The notes below the pieces were generated by a model, which made no database searches, was not told where the DNA came from, and was given only the letters and a program-made list of their open reading frames with translations. Shown here piece by piece: positions 18,097 through 26,614 of a stretch of DNA of 27,121 nucleotides (the stretch's first letter is position 1; every line of letters starts with the position of its first letter). The position numbers were made by a program, and so were the translations under genes. Source of the stretch: a virus (Duplodnaviria > Caudoviricetes); IMG/VR virus record IMGVR_UViG_3300044606_000023, positions 1-27,121 of that record, one strand, 5' to 3'.

Positions 18097-18783
18097 TTAA
18101 CGTGAAGCTGCGTCAAGCATCTCCTTATAGAGTTTATCCTTGAGATCTTGTGTAAGCCCGTTAGCAAACGCATTGGCATGTGTTAACGGGCTGTCGCCCT
18201 GGGCAGGTGATAGAGAAGCCAAAGGTTTAGGCTTTGCAGTATTTTTGGTGATAGTTTCCGCTTCAGTCGAATAATTTTGTGAGAGATTCAGTTTCTTAAT
18301 AGCTTGATAAGCGGCTTTTGCCTTACTGTGAAGGTTATTATTGTTAGCTATAGATTCGGCAAGCTCAGGATACTGATATTGTAGTGCTTGGACTGCATCT
18401 TTAGTCACTACTTTATCAAAATCAGGCATTTCGATACGGATCATAGCTTCAGCATTCATTGCCGCATTCTGTTGCGACTGTTGTTGCAATTTCTGTTCTA
18501 TTTTACGAAGTTTTTTCTCATAAGCTGACAGGTGTTTACCTTCCACAAGCTCATCAGGGTTAAGGCGAATTTCTTCATCCTCTTCCTGTTGTTGCTTAGG
18601 TTGTTGCATCTGTTGGACCATACGTGCATATTCATCACGTTCCCGTTCTATACGTTCCATTTTTAAACGCAATTCTCTAAAACTTTCTTGTGGTGTAGGC
18701 GCTGCTTGTTCTACAGGTGTTTGTTCCGGTTGTTCTACGTGTTGAGTCTCTACAGGCTCTTGGACTAATTCTTCATTTTCCAT
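18097..18783 (-). CDS. Capsid scaffolding protein (probable)
   Basis: Acidic E/Q-rich N-terminus, coiled coil, PDFDKVV motif and C-terminal helix; lies between portal and capsid. Confidence 0.7.
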   Translation of the reverse strand: MENEELVQEPVETQHVEQPEQTPVEQAAPTPQESFRELRLKMERIERERDEYARMVQQMQQPKQQQEEDEEIRLNPDELVEGKHLSAYEKKLRKIEQKLQQQSQQNAAMNAEAMIRIEMPDFDKVVTKDAVQALQYQYPELAESIANNNNLHSKAKAAYQAIKKLNLSQNYSTEAETITKNTAKPKPLASLSPAQGDSPLTHANAFANGLTQDLKDKLYKEMLDAASR

Positions 18784-19273
18784 GTGGCTCTCCTAATATA
18801 AGTTGCCCTGTATCTTCTGTTTCATGATTAAGTTTTTTACATAATGCCAACAAAGTGCCGTCATAAAAATCACGGACATATGGATATAGAGACGCATGTT
18901 CTTCAGGTACCGTTATAAGATCACGTAGATACTCACAATAGTCCTTACATGGAATAACCCACATGAATTTAGGTTCTGGCCAATCTTTATGGCATTGGTA
19001 AACACATTGGTCATAATCTGGCGTAGGACATGAATGGCGGGCAAAAAACATATGTCTTATAACATTGACTAATAATCTGTCACCACGAGTCAATACAACA
19101 ATGTAAAATATCCCCGTATAACGTGATTTTTGGGTATAAAAGCAATCATAAAGCTCTTTATCATAGTCGTTTAGCTGCTCATGCATCTGCTCTGATACTG
19201 TATGTTTATTATCTGCTTGCGATAGAAGATCAACGGAAAGTTTGCCCACCGTCTCAGGTTTAGCACGCTTCAT
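18773..19273 (-). CDS. Hypothetical phage protein
   Basis: 166 aa with SD AAGGGGAG; SCPTPDYDQ...WVIP motif. Confidence 0.75.
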   Translation of the reverse strand: MKRAKPETVGKLSVDLLSQADNKHTVSEQMHEQLNDYDKELYDCFYTQKSRYTGIFYIVVLTRGDRLLVNVIRHMFFARHSCPTPDYDQCVYQCHKDWPEPKFMWVIPCKDYCEYLRDLITVPEEHASLYPYVRDFYDGTLLALCKKLNHETEDTGQLILGEPHGK

Positions 19274-19366
19274 CTACTCCCCTTGATTAAGACATTACTA
19301 CTCTGTGCAGAACGATAACCAAAACAAAGCCTTTTTGCAATATGTTTTGGTTATCGTAAAGAGATA

Positions 19367-19636
19367 CTACTTTTTCTTGGAACGTTTAGACTCACTGATT
19401 GCTATTGCAATAGCTTGTTTACGTCCTTTTACCTTAGGTCCTTTTTTAGAACCTGAATGCAATTTTCCTTCTTTCCACTCGTGCATAATTTTTTCTACTT
19501 TTGCCCGTTTTTTCTTTGTGCGTTTGGGCATAGGTGTTTCACCTGCAGAAAGCAATGCATTCTTTATAGACTTATGCTCAGGTTCTTTAGCTTCCTGTAC
19601 CATAAGTTTTTTCAATGCTCCCAGACATCTTGGCAT
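19367..19636 (-). CDS. DUF6496-like small basic protein
   Basis: KVEKIMHEWKEGKLHSGSKKGPKVKGRKQAIAIAISE matches the DUF6496 pattern as I recall it. Start moved to ATG 19636 (SD AGGA, downstream of the hairpin). Confidence 0.75.
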   Translation of the reverse strand: MPRCLGALKKLMVQEAKEPEHKSIKNALLSAGETPMPKRTKKKRAKVEKIMHEWKEGKLHSGSKKGPKVKGRKQAIAIAISESKRSKKK

Positions 19637-19648
19637 AGTTATCCTAAA

Positions 19649-19664
19649 GGGGGCCGAAGCCCCC
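19649..19664 (-). terminator. C(UUCG)G hairpin (terminator or processing/stabilising hairpin)
   Basis: GGGGGC-TTCG-GCCCCC followed by TTTAG; identical to 14250-14265. Confidence 0.6.
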
Positions 19665-19667
19665 ATA

Positions 19668-19814
19668 TTATCTTAGACGTGATGATTCTTGGTTCTTAAG
19701 TTTACTGTTAACTTTAGCCATAACAGTAGATTGTTTCTCATTAAGCGCTGAAGGTTTGCCAATGATAGTATTAACTATCTTCTGATTCTTAGTAGAACGT
19801 ATCATTGCAGGCAT
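19668..19814 (-). CDS. Small basic hypothetical protein (48 aa)
   Basis: Likely start ATG 19814 with SD AGGGG (MPAMIRSTKNQK...), just after the upstream stop. Confidence 0.55.
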   Translation of the reverse strand: MPAMIRSTKNQKIVNTIIGKPSALNEKQSTVMAKVNSKLKNQESSRLR

Positions 19815-19821
19815 AATACCC

Positions 19822-20085
19822 CTAGAACTTTTTAGGATTCTTACCACGACGAATTTTGGCACCATCAAGGCTATTGATCTGTTGGTCAACACCTCTCAAA
19901 TTATCACCGTTAAGCTCATCAGATAAGAAATATTCACGCTTTGGATATTCACGAATAACTACATTCTGTGGAAGATTGGACATCTTGCTATAATCTTCAC
20001 TGATCATAGCTCCATCTGCTCTTTCTTGTGAATGTACATAGTCCATACCTTGTTGCTTGATGGAATTGTAGAACTTCTTTGCCAT
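19822..20085 (-). CDS. Hypothetical phage protein
   Basis: 87 aa with SD GAAAGG; MISED...SNLPQ.V...EYPK motif. Confidence 0.7.
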   Translation of the reverse strand: MAKKFYNSIKQQGMDYVHSQERADGAMISEDYSKMSNLPQNVVIREYPKREYFLSDELNGDNLRGVDQQINSLDGAKIRRGKNPKKF

Positions 20086-20148
20086 GGTTGGCCTTTCGTA
20101 GAACTGTCTGCATAACAGACAAGGGTTATTCCCTCTACTACAGAGGGC

Positions 20149-20376
20149 TTACTTTTCAACTTTTTTGAGTCTTGTGTAATAGTCTTTTTTCTCATTAAGA
20201 TGAGCCAATACTATCTTTGCAGTTTGTAACGGATCATCATGAGTTACATTGGTTTTCTTAGATCTGCTGCCATGCTCCGCTTCAACCTTCATTCCCTGAA
20301 GGAACTGTTTTTTGTCATACTTGTCCCATGATATTTTCAGATGCTTGGCGAGGCTGTCTAGACTGTACTTTTTCAC
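20149..20376 (-). CDS. DUF5661-like protein
   Basis: GMKVEAEH...TAKIVLAHLNE..DYYTRL signature; GTG start with SD AAGGA; overlaps the portal 3' end by 62 nt. Confidence 0.75.
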   Translation of the reverse strand: MKKYSLDSLAKHLKISWDKYDKKQFLQGMKVEAEHGSRSKKTNVTHDDPLQTAKIVLAHLNEKKDYYTRLKKVEK

Positions 20377-22402
20377 GTGATTTCCTTTGTTTTATAGGTT
20401 GTAAAGATTGTTGCATATCATTTTGCATCTCTTGAGCCTTTACCATGCCTTGCATAGTAAGTAACTTCTGTAACTGGTCAAGATCTGCTGTGTCGATCTC
20501 TTTAAGTGCTTTAACAAGATTGAGTAATGCCGCATCTTCATCGTGTATAGCCTTAGCCCTGCGCTCTTCAGCCAATGCTTGATTCTCTGCAATACGAGAC
20601 ATGCGCTCAATACCCATACCCTTATTAGCTTCAACTTGTGACTGTACAAGTTCATTCTGCATAGCCAATTGTTGCATCTCAAGTTGTTGTTGCTGTTGCG
20701 CCTGTTGTTGTTGTGCCTGTTGTTGTTGCTGTATACGTTGTACCAGATCATTTTTATTCTGTAGCGTGCAGGTCTCAAGTAGGACATCATCAGGTATAGG
20801 AACGCCAACTTCACGCAAATGCAACAGTTGTACAAACTCAAGTTGTCTTTGTGTCTGAGTGAGTACAGCTTCTTCAACACGTGCATTATAAATACCAAAT
20901 GCTTTATTATAAAACTGTGCTGTAGGTTCTTCACCACCTAAGATCTTCTTAATCTTGCCAGGCATATAGTTTGACGAGATAACATCTATCATCATCTTGC
21001 CTAAAAGACGTTGCGACCTATCAAGTTGATCAAATACAGGCTGCAACGTAACCAATGCTGCATTCTGACGAACAATGGAAAGTATACCCGCTTTATCATC
21101 CGTTGCTGTGCCTAAAAGTTCTTCTGACACTCCCGCTAATTCATTTATTTCTTGCCCTAGAATCTTCGATACTTCAAGTGTAGTAGGCGGTATAGGTGTA
21201 GCTGCTATCTGTTCAACGTCGGTCATCTGTGCCTCTTCTTTGAGGCATAATCCTTTACCTTGCCCTGACATAAACACATCTGCTGGATTAACAAGAGCAT
21301 TCTCCTTGTATTTCCAACCTGAGTTGATCTGACTTTCAAGCATATCAAGCTCAATAACCTTACGACGTGAATAGAGCCATTGAGCATCTCTAAGATTGCG
21401 TACTATACCTTGTATTCTAAAACTCATATAAGGTAATTCAGGCTGCCAATAAGTAAATACAGGAACAAAATTATAGGTATCAATTCCGATAGGATTAGGT
21501 CCATCATATAACGTCTTACCTTGAGCCAATATAGCGAGCTTTACCGTAGGAATAGTTTGTTTAACCATAGATACTTGAGGGTACGTCTGCAAGAATATCT
21601 TGAGGCGGTCTTCATCTTGGCCTTTCCACTCAAGTGTTTCACCTGTTTGCTTATCAATAAGCATTGTTTGCTCACGATAGTCACGATAATAAAACTCATC
21701 GTAGGTTAACAGGTTCTTCATAGCATAACCGTATGATTCAGGCATAAAGTTAAATTTGCCGTCTCTCATCTGTTCGCCATAAAGGTCAGCTATAATATCG
21801 ACTGAAGCAGGCATCAGTGATATGATCTCACGTTTAGTCAAAAATGAACGTTTCCATAGAAAGTTACAATCTGACATATCAGGATTTCTAAAGTACGGAT
21901 CTACAACAAACGAGTTGTAATCGCACTTAGATACTTTAATATCACCCGAAAGTGGATCATTGCGAAAATCTACCCATAACTGCAAGAAGCTTAGCCCTGT
22001 TATTAGTGAAGCTTCAAACGCTTCTGATATAGTCTCAAGAACGTTTTCACGGTCATGTATATACGATATTACCTTTGTAAACTGGTCTGCTGTCTCTTGG
22101 TCACCATTCTCTACAGGTACGACTACCGTTTGCTTACGGTTCTTGCGTTGGTTACCTGAAACCATATTAACAACACGTTTAATACGATTGAATGAAAATG
22201 TTCTCTTGGTAATACCTGGTACATTATTATATAAGGCACTATATACCGTCTGATCACCCGCATAAAAACGGCTATCAAGGTCGGCATCATTCCAAAAACT
22301 CATATTAGCCATAATAGCTTGCGTGTAACAAGCTTCCATACGGCCTTGTATATCACGATCAGTATCGTCAAGATACATGCTTGAAAGCTGCGGAAATATC
22401 AT
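20315..22402 (-). CDS. Portal protein, P22-like (about 695 aa)
   Basis: FYAGDQ, FNRIKRVVNMVSG.QR.NR, D.ETAD, VDP, GIVRNLRDAQ and a Q-rich C-terminal barrel helix. Likely start ATG 22402 after SD AAGGGG. Confidence 0.9.
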   Translation of the reverse strand: MIFPQLSSMYLDDTDRDIQGRMEACYTQAIMANMSFWNDADLDSRFYAGDQTVYSALYNNVPGITKRTFSFNRIKRVVNMVSGNQRKNRKQTVVVPVENGDQETADQFTKVISYIHDRENVLETISEAFEASLITGLSFLQLWVDFRNDPLSGDIKVSKCDYNSFVVDPYFRNPDMSDCNFLWKRSFLTKREIISLMPASVDIIADLYGEQMRDGKFNFMPESYGYAMKNLLTYDEFYYRDYREQTMLIDKQTGETLEWKGQDEDRLKIFLQTYPQVSMVKQTIPTVKLAILAQGKTLYDGPNPIGIDTYNFVPVFTYWQPELPYMSFRIQGIVRNLRDAQWLYSRRKVIELDMLESQINSGWKYKENALVNPADVFMSGQGKGLCLKEEAQMTDVEQIAATPIPPTTLEVSKILGQEINELAGVSEELLGTATDDKAGILSIVRQNAALVTLQPVFDQLDRSQRLLGKMMIDVISSNYMPGKIKKILGGEEPTAQFYNKAFGIYNARVEEAVLTQTQRQLEFVQLLHLREVGVPIPDDVLLETCTLQNKNDLVQRIQQQQQAQQQQAQQQQQLEMQQLAMQNELVQSQVEANKGMGIERMSRIAENQALAEERRAKAIHDEDAALLNLVKALKEIDTADLDQLQKLLTMQGMVKAQEMQNDMQQSLQPIKQRKSREKVQSRQPRQASENIMGQV

Positions 22403-22494
22403 TACTACCCCTTTGTTTATACAAGCCATAATAAAATGGCGTTCTGTATTCTGCAATGTTATTGTGATAATAACTAAAACAGAAAGGAAATAGT

Positions 22495-23049
22495 ATGAAA
22501 CGTTTATTATTATGCCTATTATGTACACTATCTATACACGCGATGGAAGAAGTTGTTGTTGTAGTAGAACCTCAAACATATACACAAGAAGAACTTACGC
22601 AAGTAGTAGACGACCTTATTCGTATGGCAACACTAATAACATTCAATACTATACCTGAAGATATCTACTATATACCGCACGTTAAACAAACACTTGGCAG
22701 AAGTATAACATCACCTGATACTCCTTCAGATGATGAAGAAACAGAAGAAGCACGTCGGTCCGTTATACGAAGATTTATAAGAACACGTAGACGTTCATTA
22801 GATGGTCTTGATTACAATGAATTAAGACGTTGGATGCTCAAAGAACTTGAATCATACAACAAGAGTACGAAAAAAGAACTTCAAACAATGCAAGAAACGA
22901 TAAAAACTAAAGAACAAGAAGCAGAAGACTCTAAAAGAAAAGCAAAATATGCTCTTATGAGCACCATTATCACAACAATAGGCGGTATCGCTACAGTTGT
23001 AACAACATTCTTGCTGACCTACTACCTCGATAACCAAGGTTCAGATTAG
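22495..23049 (+). CDS. Exported/membrane-anchored coiled-coil protein (accessory)
   Basis: Signal-peptide-like MKRLLLCLLCTLSIHA|MEE, a coiled coil and a C-terminal TM segment; SD AAGGA. Confidence 0.75.
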   Translation: MKRLLLCLLCTLSIHAMEEVVVVVEPQTYTQEELTQVVDDLIRMATLITFNTIPEDIYYIPHVKQTLGRSITSPDTPSDDEETEEARRSVIRRFIRTRRRSLDGLDYNELRRWMLKELESYNKSTKKELQTMQETIKTKEQEAEDSKRKAKYALMSTIITTIGGIATVVTTFLLTYYLDNQGSD

Positions 23050-23138
23050 TCACCAAGCACAGTAACCATATAAAAAAGCACTACAAGTGAAAAAATAGAG
23101 ACTGCAACAAAGACACAAGGCCACAATATGCTTGTCAT
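23046..23138 (-). CDS. Putative 30-aa membrane peptide
   Basis: ATGA overlap with the upstream stop; MTSILWPCVFVAVSIFSLVVLFYMVTVLGD. Confidence 0.45.
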   Translation of the reverse strand: MTSILWPCVFVAVSIFSLVVLFYMVTVLGD

Positions 23139-23422
23139 ATATTCTCCACATCAAGATCATAAAGATCTGCTATAAATAATAGCGCATCATCATAAGATAA
23201 ATGCTTATATTGAATAATAAAATCAATAACAGTGCCTGAGGCAAAACAATTGAAACAATAAAATCTTTGCAACTTGCAATGTATAACGAATGCTACATGA
23301 CCTTTCTTGCAAAAAGGACAATCACTATACCAGAACTTTTTAGAATGGTTGATCGTAATAAACTTTGATGCGCAATCTTCAAGCAATACATGGTCATATA
23401 TACATTGTTCAAGATCTTTCAT
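23135..23422 (-). CDS. Stand-alone CHC2-type (DnaG primase) zinc-finger protein
   Basis: CPFC...F.I....QRFYCFNC.ASG.VIDFI......SY.DAL..IA matches the primase Zn-binding domain; no TOPRIM domain follows. Confidence 0.8.
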   Translation of the reverse strand: MKDLEQCIYDHVLLEDCASKFITINHSKKFWYSDCPFCKKGHVAFVIHCKLQRFYCFNCFASGTVIDFIIQYKHLSYDDALLFIADLYDLDVENI

Positions 23423-23648
23423 TATGTACTCCCATGAAGGTTACTTTAAATTCATTCTCTTTATCGAAATATTCTTTGACACAGGACGAACACAACACAG
23501 CCTGCACTATATCTTTATCAATAGTATAAATAATCGTGTAACACTGCTTAAAACTACGTGCATTACAACGATCGCATGTATGTATAGCAGCGTCTTCTAT
23601 CTCACGTAATGACGACTTAACAGGTTTAGTACGCTTCATAATATCCAA
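23409..23648 (-). CDS. Small CxxC...CxxC zinc-finger protein
   Basis: CDRC...LCSSC; start uncertain (TTG 23648 or ATG 23639). Confidence 0.6.
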   Translation of the reverse strand: MDIMKRTKPVKSSLREIEDAAIHTCDRCNARSFKQCYTIIYTIDKDIVQAVLCSSCVKEYFDKENEFKVTFMGVHNERS

Positions 23649-23653
23649 TTTAG

Positions 23654-23726
23654 AGGCCTTGGATGGACTTGAACCACCGTCCTACCACAAGTTGTGCGGC
23701 CGCTCTACCTGCTGAGCTACAAGGCC
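23654..23726 (-). tRNA. tRNA-like gene (73 nt) with atypical anticodon loop; nominal anticodon AAC
   Basis: Acceptor GGCCUUG/CAAGGCC, UA, D arm GCUC-AGCAGGUA-GAGC, anticodon arm GCCGC-ACAACUU-GUGGU, variable AGGAC, T arm GGUGG-UUCAAGU-CCAUC, discriminator U, no encoded CCA. Confidence 0.8.
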
Positions 23727-23727
23727 A

Positions 23728-26175
23728 TTATGTATTTCTAAAAGGTTTAGGCATGTTAGCTTCTGTACCTTGTAGAATAGCGTTATAGTATCTTTGGTCA
23801 AGCTCTTCGGGTGTTAGAGTATCACGACAACGGGGCACAGATAATGCCAAATAGCGCATTGCATCGGCATAATGCGAACTCCAGTCATGCAATGGCCGCA
23901 AGTTATATACCTTACGTTTACTATCATACTCTTGGTGATACGATTCAAGGGCATGTATAAGATTAGAACACTTTTGGTCTATCCACACACGTGGTAACGT
24001 ACTGCGTACCAATTCGATACCGTCCATAAGATCAGATTTAGGCAACGGTACAAGCTTCAAACCTAACTGCTTAGCCTTCTCAATACGTGATATACCCGAA
24101 CCCCACTCTGTTACCTGTATGTCATGAGGGGCAAAGCATTTACCATAGGTGTACGGCTTAGACTTAATTACATTAACATAATGCTCGAGACCTTCTTTAG
24201 ACCTACTGTAACAATCAATAACATGTATAGTAGTGCCTATAACTTGAAACCATATTATTGTAGTATCATCGGAATAGCCTATGTCCATAGCTAGATGGAC
24301 TTTAAAGTTAGGCTCCCAAGGAACATCAGTTATCCTATTTTCAAGCTTCATCTTATCTAAGTACTTAGCGTAATATGACCCTTCTACACCAGCATCAAAT
24401 GAGCACCAATATTCCTGTTGGGCCATATCTTCAGACATTTCTCCCGATTCTATTTCTTTTTGAATATCTGCTATTGATATATGTTGGCAATCATCAACAG
24501 TAAGTTTACATGAGTACCAATCTTCAGGTGAATTGCGTGCTATCTCATAGAGATTGTAGAACCAGTTATGACCTCGTGGTGTCGATAAAAATACCGTTAC
24601 CCCTAAGTTAGCATTCATAATAGGTCGTACAAGCTGATATGCTCTTTCGTCTGAGAGAGCTGCTTCTGAAAATATAACCATGCGGGGGTTGGTACCTACT
24701 AGCGCAGTATCATAGCTATCAGAACCTATTAATTGGATAACTGAATTGTTATTGAGAGTTATTTTCATTTCACTAATGTTGATACTTCGCACGAGCTCCT
24801 TAGGCAAATAGTCCAGAAACCGTGTTCCGTCTATAGTTATACTGTCGAATATAACTAAACGGCATTGCTTAAAGGTAGGAAGACAATAGAAGTAGTTACC
24901 TACTTTGCGTATAGCTGCACGGATTATAAGATTCCAACCGCATACATCCTTTCCAGAATTATGGACAAGGTAGCCGTTAGCTACAAAGTTATGATTCTTA
25001 GTAGTCTCTATGTCATATAATGGCTCTATAGACCCTGTATATTCCTTCTTGGCTACGCAAGAACGGCAACACCCATTGGTTATATACCTAGGAAATGAAA
25101 AACTAACGAGAGACAGACATTGTTCTTGTTTTGCTTCTTTGCCATATACAGGACCATAAGACAAAAGTTGTTTAACTCCATGGCCTGTAACTTTTATTTT
25201 GTAGTTAGAACCACGTTCACATAATAATTTTTGCGGGACTATGCCGAGTTTACGAAATAGCCAGTACAAATCCCATGCGTATTGCTCACATGCACCGCAA
25301 CTGATAGTGAGCTCGCAACGCTCTTTAAGCAATGAAGTCCTATTGCGTTTTTTGTCATATATTGTTTTGGCTTTGTGGATATATAAAGAACCGTCACAGG
25401 ATATTAATGCTGCAAAGAACCTATATAAAGACTCGTTATCAAGCGTGTACAGTATAGGATGAACAGTTCTTCTCGATTTAGGTATATCAAGTTTATAGTC
25501 TCTGAATAGTTCTTTAACTTTGTTCGGCGTCTCTCCTCCACCTAAAGTATTATTGCTAAGTCCCAGATCGTAACCATTGCCTTTTGCACGTAATATAGGT
25601 TTAATATCGAATAATTTATCAGCAAGATAAGCTACTCTATCTAAAATGACCTTGTTGTTATTTGTAAATTTAGGTTGCTGGTACCCTGCACAATACCCAT
25701 CACTACACATATAGCCTATAAACTCAGCAAGATCAGGATTGTGCACACAGCCTTGAGGTCCATAAACATAGACTTGAAGTTGATTATGTGCTTGCAGATC
25801 TTCTGCTTTCTTCCATGTGACCGCTTCTGTGTTATAGGAATAAGCAAATAAATGATCTCTACTTGTTATAATATCAGGCATTGCATGAGCACTTATTTTA
25901 AGCGTCTCTTTAGGCTCTGTCTTCCATACATTCTTAACCCTATCGGTTTCGAACTCTGTACCGTTCCAAGAAAGTATTAAGTCACCTTCTTGTATATCTT
26001 TAAGAAGCTTAAAAGAACCATCGGCCATTATTATATGCGTATCACCATGTAAACACCGCCTGCACCATAGCGCCAATATCTTGCGATACTTACCAGATTC
26101 AACAGCATTGATGAGCGGTATCTGATATGGTCTAGGCTGAAACTTATCAAGCTTAACTCTTGTTTCCGTCATCAT
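23728..26175 (-). CDS. terL: Terminase large subunit, intein-containing (about 449 aa after splicing)
   Basis: PRPYQ adenine motif, Walker A RR|SGKD, Walker B-like VIFSE, STPRG.NWFY, nuclease MDIG.SD and SHYADAMRY. Confidence 0.95.
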   Translation of the reverse strand: MMTETRVKLDKFQPRPYQIPLINAVESGKYRKILALWCRRCLHGDTHIIMADGSFKLLKDIQEGDLILSWNGTEFETDRVKNVWKTEPKETLKISAHAMPDIITSRDHLFAYSYNTEAVTWKKAEDLQAHNQLQVYVYGPQGCVHNPDLAEFIGYMCSDGYCAGYQQPKFTNNNKVILDRVAYLADKLFDIKPILRAKGNGYDLGLSNNTLGGGETPNKVKELFRDYKLDIPKSRRTVHPILYTLDNESLYRFFAALISCDGSLYIHKAKTIYDKKRNRTSLLKERCELTISCGACEQYAWDLYWLFRKLGIVPQKLLCERGSNYKIKVTGHGVKQLLSYGPVYGKEAKQEQCLSLVSFSFPRYITNGCCRSCVAKKEYTGSIEPLYDIETTKNHNFVANGYLVHNSGKDVCGWNLIIRAAIRKVGNYFYCLPTFKQCRLVIFDSITIDGTRFLDYLPKELVRSINISEMKITLNNNSVIQLIGSDSYDTALVGTNPRMVIFSEAALSDERAYQLVRPIMNANLGVTVFLSTPRGHNWFYNLYEIARNSPEDWYSCKLTVDDCQHISIADIQKEIESGEMSEDMAQQEYWCSFDAGVEGSYYAKYLDKMKLENRITDVPWEPNFKVHLAMDIGYSDDTTIIWFQVIGTTIHVIDCYSRSKEGLEHYVNVIKSKPYTYGKCFAPHDIQVTEWGSGISRIEKAKQLGLKLVPLPKSDLMDGIELVRSTLPRVWIDQKCSNLIHALESYHQEYDSKRKVYNLRPLHDWSSHYADAMRYLALSVPRCRDTLTPEELDQRYYNAILQGTEANMPKPFRNT
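24958..26055 (-). mobile_element. Intein (366 aa) with LAGLIDADG endonuclease in the terminase P-loop
   Basis: Starts CLHGDTHI, block B TSRDHLF, LAGLIDADG-like FIGYMCSDG and FFAALISCDG, ends YDIET..NHNFVANGYLVHN followed by Ser+1. Confidence 0.95.
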
Positions 26176-26614
26176 AGCTAGGTATCTCTATCTTAAATAC
26201 GCCTGTACCAACACTGTTACTCTCTTTTTTAAGCTTGGCGTTCCATTCTTCTATGTCACGCCAACGCTGCAAGTACATAGGCAACGATTTAAGTACTACC
26301 TTGTCATTGAGTTGATTAGTAAGCGCTCCAGACTCTCTATTGTCGCCTATAATAATAAGTGCAGCATCATAAGCATTGCCTAGCACTTCGTATCTGTCTT
26401 TAAGCTTTACAAACGAACTCCAAGGCATCCCTTTAAGCTGTACGGCATACTTGGTAAGTGTTGCTGTAGGATCGTCTAAGCAATACTGTATAAGCTCCTT
26501 AGCCATCTCATCAAGTACATCGGTTGATATAAGCTCTTCCTTACCCGTTATGACACTTTTGTACGTCTCTAGCAGCTTGTATTTTGTTTGTTTCTTGAAC
26601 TTTTTTATCTTCAT
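26153..26614 (-). CDS. Terminase small subunit (probable)
   Basis: 153-aa helical protein immediately upstream of and overlapping terL; function inferred from position. Confidence 0.6.
   Translation of the reverse strand: MKIKKFKKQTKYKLLETYKSVITGKEELISTDVLDEMAKELIQYCLDDPTATLTKYAVQLKGMPWSSFVKLKDRYEVLGNAYDAALIIIGDNRESGALTNQLNDKVVLKSLPMYLQRWRDIEEWNAKLKKESNSVGTGVFKIEIPSYDDGNKS

Noticed and set aside
20095-20148. Hammerhead ribozyme reading of the three-way junction
   Set aside because: GAAA is present but the CUGANGA core is absent.
20680-20730. CAA/CAG repeat tract
   Set aside because: It encodes the poly-Gln helix of the P22-like portal barrel and is not a CRISPR array or separate repeat element.
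22403-22528. N-terminal extension of the portal ORF
   Set aside because: It overlaps the divergent gene and an AT-rich intergenic region; a good SD precedes ATG 22402.
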